Below are positions 9,982 to 21,090 of a stretch of DNA of 33,081 nt, one piece after another (positions within the stretch are counted from its first letter, which is position 1; each line of letters begins with the position of its first letter). The notes beneath the pieces were generated by a model, which saw nothing but the letters and a program-made list of their open reading frames with translations, searched no databases and was not told the origin of the DNA. Source of the stretch: Octopus sinensis. Lineage: Eukaryota. Made by a program: the position numbers and the translations under genes. The stretch covers positions 1 through 33,081 of the forward strand of contig NW_021832750.1 in the NCBI RefSeq assembly GCF_006345805.1. Reading direction: 5' to 3'.

Positions 9982-10385
9982 GGCGGCGAGCTGGCAGAAT
10001 CGTAAGGACACCGGGCGAAATGCTTAGCGGTATTTCGTCTGCTGTAAGTTCAAATTCCGCCGAGGCCGACTTAGTCTTTCATCCTTTCGGGGTCGATTTA
10101 ATAAGTACCAGTAACACATTTGGGTCGATGTAATCGACTTAATCCGTTTGTCTGTCCTTGTTTGTCCCCTGTGTTTAGCCCCTTGTGGGTAGTAAAGAAA
10201 TAGGTATTTCGTCTGCCGCTACGTTATGAGTTCAAATTCCGCCGAGGTAGGCTTTGCCTTTCATCCTTCCGGAGTCGATAAATTAAGTACCAGTTAGACA
10301 CTGGGGTCGATGTAATCGACTTAATCCCTTTGTCTGTCCTTGTTTGTCCCCTCTATGTTTAGCCCCCTGTGGGCAATAAATAAAT
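9982..10385 (+). mobile_element. SINE family B tandem dimer (unit 1 9982-10202 full length; unit 2 10203-10385 starting at GGTATTTCG), both alpha tails
   Basis: GGCGGCGAGCTGGCAGAATCG head; the body and tail occur twice; junction AAGAAATA|GGTATTTC. Confidence 0.93.
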
Positions 10386-11399
10386 TTATCATTATAGATA
10401 CCCTCCAAGATAGCTTATATCTTAAATGGCTACATAATTACATCTGATGAAATAATTACATCAGTGAAATGCTGACCTGTACATCTACAGGAAAAAAGTT
10501 TATCTCTGATAGGAAACAAACGATGAAACACAAAACCTAATAATATCTCGCAAGATACCTTTATGAAGAATAGACGGTCGCATTTAGTATGTTCTTTTAA
10601 AGGTTGGTTCAATCAGATCTTGACCTAAGGCGTTGAACTGCAACAAATGTAGTTGGTTAAATATGAAATTCGATGCCAAACGAGAGACAGTCTAAATATA
10701 AGACATATTGGGAAAGCTTACGGTTTTCTATTTAGGCAAAGTTTTTGAAACTGATGGTTAAAAGAACTCTGCTCTCATGTGATATAAATATTTGAAATCA
10801 TATTTTTTTGTCTTCAATGAAGAACATTAAGTTCGCCATAATGCCATAATGTACAGACAACAATTTGCATAAATAACTTACCATCAGATAATAATTTAGT
10901 TATCCTATGTGTATAATAGGTTTCTTTTGATATATTGCTTTGCGTTCATTTCTACTTTAAGTACAATGCGATGCACTGGCTTCTCATACACAGAGACACA
11001 CACGCGCACACTCTGAAACACAAAACACACATACACACACACATACACACACACACAATCATGTACGTATGTATATATGTGTGTATGTATGTATAATGTA
11101 TTAACGAAAGAAGAAAGATCATAATGAATTACATGAATGAATGATTCTTCATTCTATAGATGCATTTCTATACTACATTAAGCAACAGACGCATACGAGT
11201 TTCTATGAGCATTCATAATGCACACATAAACTCACAAGCATACGTACACACACAAGCACGCGCGCGGGAGGACAATCACATACGCAAGCACGCATACATA
11301 TACATACGTACATTCATACAATACGATATATAAGTTAAATATAAGATATATATAAAATACGAAATATGAAAACATATGACACATACGTGGTTATATACG

Positions 11400-11485
11400 T
11401 ACGTGTGTGTGTGTGTGTATATATATATTATATATATATATAGATATATATATAATATATATATAGATAGATGTACATAGGTATA

Positions 11486-11518
<33 letters not shown>

Positions 11519-11590
11519 GGGAGAGAGTGAGAGACAGACAGACAGAGAAAGACAGATAACTTATATATATATATTATATATATATAATTT
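11400..11590. repeat. Compound (TG)n/(TA)n/(GA)n microsatellite
   Basis: Direct reading. Confidence 0.95.
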
Positions 11591-11830
11591 TAATCCAAAC
11601 GGGAAACAAAAAACAACAACAAAGGAACAATTACAGTATTATTATTAATAGGCGCTCAGGAAAAGGAAGCAGGGAGGTATGACGTTTCGAGCGAGCTCTT
11701 CGTCGGAAACATAAAAAGGAAGAGAGAGGAAAGAAAGATGCCAGAGCGGGCAACAGGGAAAGAGAAAAAGACGACTGTGTTTACGAGTAGCACATGTGAA
11801 AGGCGGATGTTTACGAAAACAGAGCAAAGT
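11590..11830 (-). mobile_element. Penelope-like element terminal fragment with hammerhead-like motif
   Basis: Minus strand reads ...atgtttCCGACGAAGAGCTCGCTCGAAACGTCatacc...; boundaries approximate. Confidence 0.5.
11677..11713 (-). ncRNA. Minimal hammerhead ribozyme-like core (U4-to-C variant)
   Basis: CCGACGA, helix II GAGC/GCTC, GAAA, CG, then a GUC cleavage triplet; helix I is imperfect. Confidence 0.55.
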
Positions 11831-12419
11831 GGGTTTTTAAAGGCAAAAGAGTGGAGACAAGGTTGGTAACGCAACAGATGTGTGTGTATGTGTGAGTGTG
11901 TGCGTGTGCGTGCGTGTATGTGTGTGTGTGAGGCGAGATGAAAAAACAAAAAATATATATGTGTTGTTTAGTGTGTGCGTCTGTGTGTAGGCGTGTGAGG
12001 TAGGGCTAGATAGTGGTCAGCTTAGCAGACAAAGGTCAGTAGTAAGAAAAAGAAGGAAGGAGGAAGGGAGGGAGGGGAAGGGGTGGGGCGTATGTAGCGT
12101 GCCAGCGTGTGTTGAGTAGTAGTGTGTGTGTGTGTCCAGTGTCGTGGTGGTATAATGGCGAGTAGATTGAATGTGTGTAAGAGTAATGTATATATTTAAG
12201 CATGTGTGTATATGTGTGCGCGTGTGTGTAACGAAAAAGGGGGGGGGGTTAAGGAAAAAGGACTCCAGCTGAGGGGAAGATGGAAGAGTGGTCCCGCGGA
12301 GGCGGCGTGGGAAAACCCAACGACACGCGACGGTCCCAGGAACGGGCGGAGGTCTTGTCGGTTCCAAGAGCGAGGTGCCTGCGGAGCGTATGCGTACGCG
12401 AACCGGCGCAAGCGCGTGC

Positions 12420-13280
12420 GTGCGCGAGCCTGCGAGTATGTGCGTAAGTATGTATGTGTGTGGATGTGTGAGTGTGTCTGTGTGTATGTCCGGGTGGCAG
12501 TGTGTCCGATGAATGTATGTGAGTATGTGTATTTGTGTGTGCATAGATGTATGTCCGTGTGGTGTGTGTGTATGTGTGTTGAGTGTGTATGTATGTACGT
12601 GGGGTGTGGGGAAGTGTGTGTATGTGCATGTGTGTGCGCGTACATACAGGTGTGTGAGTGAGTGTGTGTGTGTGTATGTATGTGTGAGTGTGTATGTATG
12701 TGTGTGTAGGATGCATGTATGTGTATGGGTGTATGTTGCGTGTGTGTATGTATGTATGTGTACGTGCGTGTGTGTGTGTATGCGTGTAGGTGTGCGCGTG
12801 TGCATGCATGCATGCATGCATGTGCGTATGTGTGTGTATGATGCATGTGTGTGGGTATATATGTATGTGCGTATATGTGTGTGTGTGCGTACATGTGTGT
12901 GTTGTGTATGCATGTGTGTGTATGTAGGTGTAGGCGTGTGTGTATAGGTGTATGTATGTAAGTATGTATGGTGTGTCCGTGTATGTGTGTGTATGTATGT
13001 GTGTGTATGTAGTGTGTGGGCGTGTGTATATGTGTGTGTATGTAGGTGTGTGGGCGTGTGTATATAGGTGTATGTGTGTATGTCTGGGTGTGTCCGTGCA
13101 TGTTTGTGTGTGTGTGTGTATGCATGTGTCTAGTAGGTGTGTGTGTACGTGTGTAATGTATGTGTGTATGCGTGGTTGCGTGTGTGTATGTAGGTGCGTG
13201 TGTATGTGTGTGGGAGTGTAGGTGTGTGTGTGCATGTGCGTGTGCGTGTTTATGTTTGTGTGTGCGTATGTGAGTGTGAA
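12420..13280. repeat. Long degenerate (TG)n/(TATG)n/(TGCA) low-complexity tract
   Basis: Direct reading; source of the His/Thr-rich pseudo-ORFs. Confidence 0.95.
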
Positions 13281-13295
13281 TACACACATATATTC

Positions 13296-13336
<41 letters not shown>

Positions 13337-13567
13337 CACACATATATAAATTCATTTATATATATAATATATATATAATATATATGTATATATACACACA
13401 TATATAAATTCATTTATATATATATATATGTAGTATATACACACATATATAAATTCATTTATTATATATATATATATATATATGTATGTATATATACACA
13501 CATATATAAATTCATTTAGATATAGATATATATATGTATGTATATATACACACATATATAAATTCAT

Positions 13568-13602
<35 letters not shown>

Positions 13603-13625
13603 TATATAAATTCATTTATATATAT

Positions 13626-13659
<34 letters not shown>

Positions 13660-13768
13660 CACACACATATATAAATTTATATTATATATATATATTGTAT
13701 ATATATATATAATATACACACATAAATTTATTTATATATATATATATATATCACACATATAATTTATT

Positions 13769-13800
<32 letters not shown>

Positions 13801-13830
13801 TAAATTTATTTATATAAATATATATGTGTG

Positions 13831-13861
<31 letters not shown>

Positions 13862-13890
13862 CATATTTATGTATATAATATATATACACG
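13280..13890. repeat. AT-rich minisatellite, core tacacacatatataaattcattta separated by variable (TA)n, about 10 copies
   Basis: The core recurs near 13281, 13335, 13395, 13438, 13495, 13548 and 13595, then in decayed form to about 13810. Confidence 0.9.
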
Positions 13891-14342
13891 CACATATATA
13901 GAAACGTGACTGTACCGAGTGTTTTTTGGGCGCGCTTGTCGGTGCGTATGCGAGTGTTTCATATTTATGTATATCAACTTTTTCAACTCTTCAGTTTTCT
14001 AAATATACACTCTACACAGGGTAAACTTTCACATTTGATCCAAGCAAAGTGAATATCATCCATTTAAACAGAACAATTCCAGAAACACAGAAAATTGTTT
14101 CCAAAAATCTAAAATAACACGTACAGTATCGCCATTTTGTTTTCTGTTATTTCTATAAATACACAAACATAATTATAATGTCTGACCTTGGAATCCACTA
14201 GACAGACATGATCGATGTTTGTTGAAGATAATTCGAGAATATTTGTAGCACTTCTTTGTTGTCCCTCGTTCTTTGCCAATCCACAACATAGCTAAAACGT
14301 TCAACTTTGGAATCACCCTTACAGACAAATTTCTATTGGCGC

Positions 14343-14460
14343 TATTATTGTTGTTTTTCTTTCTTCACTGTCATTATAATGATGATGACTGTGACGATGG
14401 TATGAACAAAAACAGCAACGACTATGGTAATAATGACAACAACAATAACAAAAACAATCC
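14343..14460. repeat. Degenerate AAT/GAT/AAC trinucleotide tract
   Basis: Direct reading. Confidence 0.85.
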
Positions 14461-14470
14461 TTTGTATTAT

Positions 14471-14672
14471 AGGTACAATGCCTGAAATTTGGGGGAGGGC
14501 GGATAGTCGACTGCATCGACCCCAGCACTCAATTGGTACTTAATTTATCGAACCCGAAAGCATGAAAGGCAAAGTAGAGTTCGGCGGAATTTCAGCCCAA
14601 AACGTGGCGACAGGCGAGATACCGCTAAGCATTTCGTCTAGCGTGCTAACAATTCTGCTAGCTTGCTACCTT
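14471..14672 (-). mobile_element. SINE family B, beta-type tail
   Basis: cctgaaatttgggggaggg...gtcgactgcatcgacccc...gaaaggcaaagt...ccgctaagcatttcg...ctgctagc. Confidence 0.85.
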
Positions 14673-14717
14673 GATAATAACACAATAATAATAATAATAA
14701 TAACCCTAAAGGCACAT

Positions 14718-14890
14718 GGATGAAAGTCAAAGTCAACTTGCCTCGGAAGAATTTGAACTCTGAATGTAGAGACTTAGGAAATGCTGCTACGTATTTTGTT
14801 CCCCGTGCTAATGATTCTACAGCTTTAATTATTATACGCTTTTCTACTCTACGTACACGGCCTGAAATTTGGAGATTGCATCGATCCTTG
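14718..14890 (-). mobile_element. Old SINE family B fragments (head 14718-14823, beta tail about 14838-14890)
   Basis: ggatgaaagtcaaagtcaac...gaatttgaactc; ttttctactctacgtacacggcctgaaattt. Confidence 0.7.
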
Positions 14891-15299
14891 CGCTCAGTTA
14901 GTAATTAATTAATTCTACTGGGCTCAATAAAATGTAATAGGAACAAAGCTATCAGTTTTTAGGGATGTGGTTAGTCAATTACATCGATTTCAGGACTTAA
15001 CTTTCCCTTCACTTTATTAATTCTGGAGGAATGATGTGCATAGGTGACCCCAGCAGGATTGGCTCTTACAAAGTCTTTACTTTGAACCGCAGCAAATATC
15101 GCAAAGATTTTTACCTAATGCCCTAACAAATCTATTAATCTCATGTCTTTTATGATTGCTTCTGATTTATTTGTTAGGCACAAGACCGACAGCTGTGAAG
15201 GAAGGGTTTGGTCTTCGGGATTTGTATGTTTGAAAAGTATACTCGTCTTTAAAAGAAGCTTAAAATAATCTAAATACCGCAACTCCGTTTTCATCAACG

Positions 15300-15435
15300 T
15301 CGTGATCATTAACCCCGCCGTTGTCGTTATAGTTGTCATAATCAGCATCATAGCATCATCCCTGTCATAGTCGTCGTCATCGTCAGCATCATAAGCATCA
15401 TCTGTTTCATTATCACCGTCATTTTTCGTTGTCAT
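15300..15435. repeat. Degenerate (TCA/TCG)n trinucleotide tract
   Basis: Direct reading; explains the poly-Asp ORF 15115-15435. Confidence 0.85.
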
Positions 15436-15730
15436 GGAGATAATCGATAACTCTCAAAATGGCGCTTTGATATCAATGGGTTTCTCAGATTGGCAGACAT
15501 ATCTATTTGTAGATTAGTGGAAATAAACAACAGTGCAAAATGAAATTGATTTTATATTAAGGATTTTGGTGATATTTGATAATTGCAGAAATATAATCTA
15601 ATTATAAAATTAATATGCAAATTAATACCTTTGAAATTTTAGATTAACAGCAGATATAACGTGATTATATAAGCCATACTAGTATACAACAATATATTCT
15701 CTCTAACTTTGTATATCGCTATTGTTAAAA

Positions 15731-16570
15731 GTTAGAAATAGGAAGGGCGACAGACAAAGTACTTTACTGCGTGTCTACAAATGGTCGTAAATGACATTGA
15801 CTACATAAGTGATGTGAACATCTACGGCAAACTACTAATGTACTTCTGATTTGCAGATGACTTCATACTCATCCGCAAAAGTACAGATCAGGTGCAGACC
15901 ATGCTGACAGAGCTAGACACCCATGGCTCAGCAGAAGGCCTTGAAAGGAAGCACATGAAAGCAAATCACGTACAGCGTGAAAAATGTAGTTCAAGACCGA
16001 ATAGAGGTGAAATGTGAGAAATACATCTACATAGGGCTAACATTGAATACGCACCGCAAACCGTGGATGTTGAAATCTCGATATGAATAAGGGCAGGCTG
16101 GAAGGTGTTTGCCTCAATAAAGGATGTGCACAAAACAAATATGGACATGATCGTGAGTGCCTGGCTCTTCAATCGCACTATCCTATCTGTGCATTTATAA
16201 CGCCTGTAAGATGTGGGCTATTACGATGAGGGAAGATTATCGATTACCTACGAGACAATGAGCTACAGAGAGATCTGTTCTGGATATATCGTTAGGACAA
16301 CATATTCGAGATGAAATAATTGCACTACGGAATGGAGTGAACGATGTGATCGCTGAATATAGAAAACACTTGTTCTTCTGGGCCGGATATGCCACAAGGT
16401 TTACAGGCAACATATGAACTCGTACAGTAGCCAGGTTGCACCTAAGAGATCGGAAAACCCGATCTTGAATGCACTCCAAGACGACAAGGCGATTTACTAA
16501 ATAGCTGATTCGGAGAAGATGGAAAAGAACTGCATAATCAAGAAAGAAATGGAAGCACAAAGTGATTAGG
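15731..16570 (+). mobile_element. Decayed RTE-clade LINE, 3' part of the ORF (RT domain and C-terminus), with stops and frameshifts
   Basis: Translates as VNIYGKLLMYF*FADDFILI (FADD at 15850-15861), EKYIYIG, EISI*IRAGWKVFASIKDV...LFNRTIL, MWAIT...[16 protein letters not shown]...[20 protein letters not shown]. These match the RTE motifs LRFADD, Y.YLG, RIRAGW..F, ETWA, WAGHVAR. Confidence 0.9.
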
Positions 16571-16606
16571 GATGTATCATAACATCTGACAGTATTTTCG
16601 ATACAG

Positions 16607-17272
16607 TGATATGTGTGCGTATATATATATGTGTGTGTGTGTGTATATGTATGTATATATGTATATATATATGTGTGAGTATATATGTATGTATATATAT
16701 GTGAGTATATATTTGTATATATATATATATATGTATATATACATGTATGTATATATATGTATATATGTATGTATGTATATAGATATGTGTGTATATATGT
16801 ATGTATGTATGTATATAGATATGTGTGTATATATGTATGTATGTATATATATATATATATGTGTGTATATATGTATGTATGTATTATATATGTGTGTGTA
16901 TATGTATGTATATATGTATATATATATGTGTGAGTATATATGTATGTATATATATGTGAGTATATATTTGTATATATATATATATATGTATATATACATG
17001 TATGTATATATATGTATATATGTATGTATGTATATAGATATGTGTGTATATATGTATGTATGTATATATATATATATGTGTGTATATATGTATGTATGTA
17101 TATATATATATATGTGTGTATATATGTATGTATGTATATATATATGTGTGTGTATATATGTATGTATGTATATATGTATGTGTGTGTATATGTATGTATG
17201 TATATGTATGTATGTATATGTATGTATGTATATGTATGTATGTATATGTATATATGTATGCATGTACATTTG
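16607..17272. repeat. Compound (TA)n/(TATG)n microsatellite with an internal exact 175-nt duplication
   Basis: Direct reading; 16636-16810 equals 16891-17065. Confidence 0.97.
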
Positions 17273-17319
17273 TATATTCACACAAAATAAAGGGACATTG
17301 TGATTTTCAGTTTGTATTG

Positions 17320-17420
17320 TACGCTGATAATCAGGTCAAGAGATCTTGGATTCAATTCCTGAACCGGGTGGTGCGTTGCAGTCTGGGACAAAACATGTCA
17401 TGTCATGTTGCCCCGCGATC
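17320..17420 (+). mobile_element. Degenerate tRNA-head SINE fragment, possibly a third family
   Basis: B-box-like ggattcaattcc followed by accgggtggtgcgttg...caaaaca; heavily diverged. Confidence 0.4.
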
Positions 17421-18218
17421 GCCTTCTTCCGTGATATGTCGATTTGATGGCGGCTATGATCTAATGAACAGCACGTATTTTTCATCACTATAAACAAATC
17501 ACGTGTGCCGGTTGTTCAGCAAGAAATTGCAGAAACATTCTACTCCGACTAGGAGAGACAGTTATCATCATAATCATCGGCAGCAGTTGCATCTTTCTCA
17601 TCATCGTTATCATCTATGTGCACATACAGAAGACCATAAATCACTGTGTGGCGTAGAGGTTCTCTCTGCACCCGTGAGGCACCAGATCCACTAAATTTCA
17701 TCAATGCTTCCTGAAAAGAATTCACTTGACGGAAATTGAGCCGGTGTTCTTATCTAATCGATAAATCAATATTTATTGAGAAAAACAAATGCCTCTTTAA
17801 TCTTGTTTGTTATCAGAGATTTTCCAAAATACATCATTTAATATGATGATTACTAAATTTATAAACACTTCATATTGACGAGTGTGCTTTCATTATACTT
17901 CGTTTGTTGTTTCATCTAATGTTACATCAGTCAGTAAAGAATATTCAAATTCATTTCATTGAGAGGCTTCCCAGTTCGTCCACTTCAAATAATGATGAAT
18001 TTTGTCTGTCATCATTATATCAAGTATATATGATGTACGTATGTATAATTGAGTGGTGTATGTATAACAATGTTTGCGCTTGTGAAGACAAAAGAAAAAT
18101 GAAAAAAAACAACAACCGTACAACACATGTATGTGTGTGTGTATGTTTGTGTTTGTATGTATATTCATATCTGTGTATAGATCTATCTGGTTGGCTGTCT
18201 GAATGGTCGAAGTTTGTG

Positions 18219-18260
<42 letters not shown>

Positions 18261-18262
<2 letters not shown>

Positions 18263-18422
18263 CGCAGGTGTGGCTGTGTGCTAAGTAGCTTGCTTACCAG
18301 CCACATGGTCATGGTTTCAGCCCCACTGCGTGGCCATTGGGCAAGTGTCTTCTACTATAGCCTCGGGCCGAGCAAAGCCTTGTGAGTGGCTTTGGTAGAC
18401 GGAACTGAAAGAAGCCCGTAGT
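18261..18422 (+). mobile_element. SINE family A 5' half, lying between (TA)n tracts
   Basis: ggcgcaggtgtggctgtgtg...gggcaagtgtcttctactatagcctcgggccg...gaaagaagcccgt, then (TA)n. Confidence 0.9.
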
Positions 18423-18440
18423 ATATCTATCTATCTATAT

Positions 18441-18495
<55 letters not shown>

Positions 18496-18725
18496 GTGTG
18501 TGTGTGTATGTATGTACGCATGGAAGACAAAATGTTTGCTTGCTTTTAAAATTCAAACACTCTTTCCAGAAAATATTTCCACTGTATAAATAGCAGGGAT
18601 CAATGTTGACACCTGTACACTTTATTTCTAATAGCTAAAGATACCAGCCATAAAAGAACAGTCTTCCAAATTATATACTCTCACATACACACACACAAAC
18701 ACACACACACACACACACATATATC

Positions 18726-18765
<40 letters not shown>

Positions 18766-18784
18766 GTACATATGTGGAAAATCG

Positions 18785-19290
18785 GTGTGTGCTTGTTTGT
18801 AGCGTTGTTAGCTAACTCCTCCTCCATCGTTTGATGAAACTTTTCATGTGAGTAGAACTCATGTTTGGAAACTGTATGACATACTTCGATTGTTGAAATA
18901 AATTGATGATACCGACAATGGAAGGGACTTTTATAAGTACCTCATATAACTATTTTTTTAAACTACGAAGGGAAATAAACCCATAGCACCTGTACAATGT
19001 TTTTATAAGCACCCAAGAGAAATAACCCATTTCATAGTTTATGTTCGAGTACTTTAAATATTGATTTTTCTTGTGTGTCCTATTTCTAATTTATGCAGAA
19101 AATATCACTTTTATACCTTATTTGACACTTGAGTAAACCTCATGTGTAGAGACCACGTGACATACTTAGATTGTTGAAAAATTGTTAACAGGGCCCTTCT
19201 AATGGATCCTTCTATCTACTACATATTAATAATATTTTAGTTAAACAACTCAAGGGCAATAACCCATGCCACCTGCAGATTTTAGTGAAG
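18785..19290. mobile_element. Possible Helentron-associated (HINE/DINE-like) non-autonomous relic with a diverged internal tandem repeat of about 283 bp
   Basis: Pairs tgacatactt(c/a)gattgttgaaa (18877/19158) and aaggg(a/c)aata..ccat..cacctg (18968/19252). The ttgatgaaactt and aagggcaataac motifs resemble molluscan Helitron-derived repeats, from recall. Confidence 0.4.
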
Positions 19291-19927
19291 TGATCAATAT
19301 TTGATTCTCACGATAAGCCAACCAAACTCTGCATTTCACTACTCACAGTTTTGAAATGCTAGACATTATTATTGCCTTAATTTGAATCTTAAACATTAAA
19401 GACTTCATTCATACATTTCTATACGTACTTTTTTCAATGCCCATTACTCCGACAATTCTGCATTCTTACAGTTACACATTTTCTATGACAGTACATAAAT
19501 TTTTGCTCCACAACGTTTGTTTAGTGACTTTATGCAGGCATAGCGTGTATTCGATCCTTGTTTCACAAATTTCACTTAACACATCAACAGCGCTTTCCTC
19601 GCGGTAAAAAAATAGATTTTCTGTGAATGACAACAGTTATACATTTACTAGATGCTTTCGATAAGTAGAATAATGCCTTTGCCGCTAGTAAACCTCCGAC
19701 AGTCTCTCTTATTAACCTCCGACAACCTTTCTAGCTAAACTTCGAAAACCTCTCTCGCCAACATCCAACAATCTCTCACTCCTCCACCTGACACATTTTT
19801 GTAGATTTTCGTGACAGAAAACACACATTTCTTGCTAGTTATAACTAAATTGCTTTCTTATACAAGATTAATAAGGCATTTCAATTGAACAACTTTACCC
19901 CCGGGAATTACCGGTTACACCAGCTAG

Positions 19928-19930
19928 TAT

Positions 19931-19976
<46 letters not shown>

Positions 19977-20340
19977 CCACACACATACATATACATATAT
20001 ATATACATATATATATATATATCCACACACATACATATACATATATATATATATATATATACACACACATACATATACACATACATATATAGATATATAC
20101 ATATATATACATGCATATACATATATGTACATATATATACATACATATATATACGCCCATACACATATATATACATACATATACATATGTATATATATAC
20201 GTACATATACACACACATATGCGTGCATACACACATATACATAAATATTTACATATACATATATATATACATATGCATATATACACATACATATACATAT
20301 ATATATATATGCATATATATATGCATACATATATACATAC

Positions 20341-20371
<31 letters not shown>

Positions 20372-20376
20372 CATAT

Positions 20377-20422
<46 letters not shown>

Positions 20423-20600
20423 TATATATGCATACATACATAAAGATATATATGTATACATACATATACGTATTTATACATATATACATACATATATATA
20501 TATATATATATAGATATATATATATATACACACATAAATTACATACGTATACCTATATAGATATTTATATGCGTGTGTGTGTGTGTAAATGTGAGTGTAT
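19928..20600. repeat. Compound (CA)n/(TA)n/(CATA)n microsatellite
   Basis: Direct reading. Confidence 0.97.
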
Positions 20601-20685
20601 ATGTATATGTGTGCACCAACATCTATGTTGAGTAGTAGTTTATATACTTCACCCGAGTCGAAAATTTTCTAAGCTTGCCAACACA

Positions 20686-20726
<41 letters not shown>

Positions 20727-20810
20727 TGTAAACGTGTGTGCATATATATAAATATTAGTATACACATACTTCACCAAAAGCTGTACCGGAAACAACACCG
20801 ACTAACTACA

Positions 20811-20865
20811 GGTGGCGCACCAGCATGACCTCAGCCTAGGGTTGGAATCAGTAAAAGATAAAAGA
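20811..20865 (+). mobile_element. SINE family A 3'-end fragment
   Basis: ggtggcgcaccagcatgacctcag...gtaaaagataaaaga versus ggcggtgctctagcatggccgcag...ataaaaga at about 2540-2590. Confidence 0.6.
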
Positions 20866-20869
20866 TTTA

Positions 20870-20886
20870 TATAAATATATATATAC

Positions 20887-20931
<45 letters not shown>

Positions 20932-21021
20932 TTTGTGTGTATACCTGTATGTATATGTGCCTATGTGTATGTAAATATATGTGTGTACTAATGAGTGTTT
21001 ATATAGATGTATGCATGCATG

Positions 21022-21059
<38 letters not shown>

Positions 21060-21090
21060 ATATATATATACACATACACGCATATATATA
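20870..21090. repeat. Compound (TA)n/(TG)n microsatellite
   Basis: Direct reading. Confidence 0.95.

Noticed and set aside
12285-12345. HDV-like ribozyme suggested by repeated GGTCCC
   Set aside because: No complementary GGGAC on the same strand to form P2, and no nested double pseudoknot can be drawn.
15966-16560. Minus-strand ORFs 15966-16178 and 16237-16560
   Set aside because: Antisense readings of the RTE relic.
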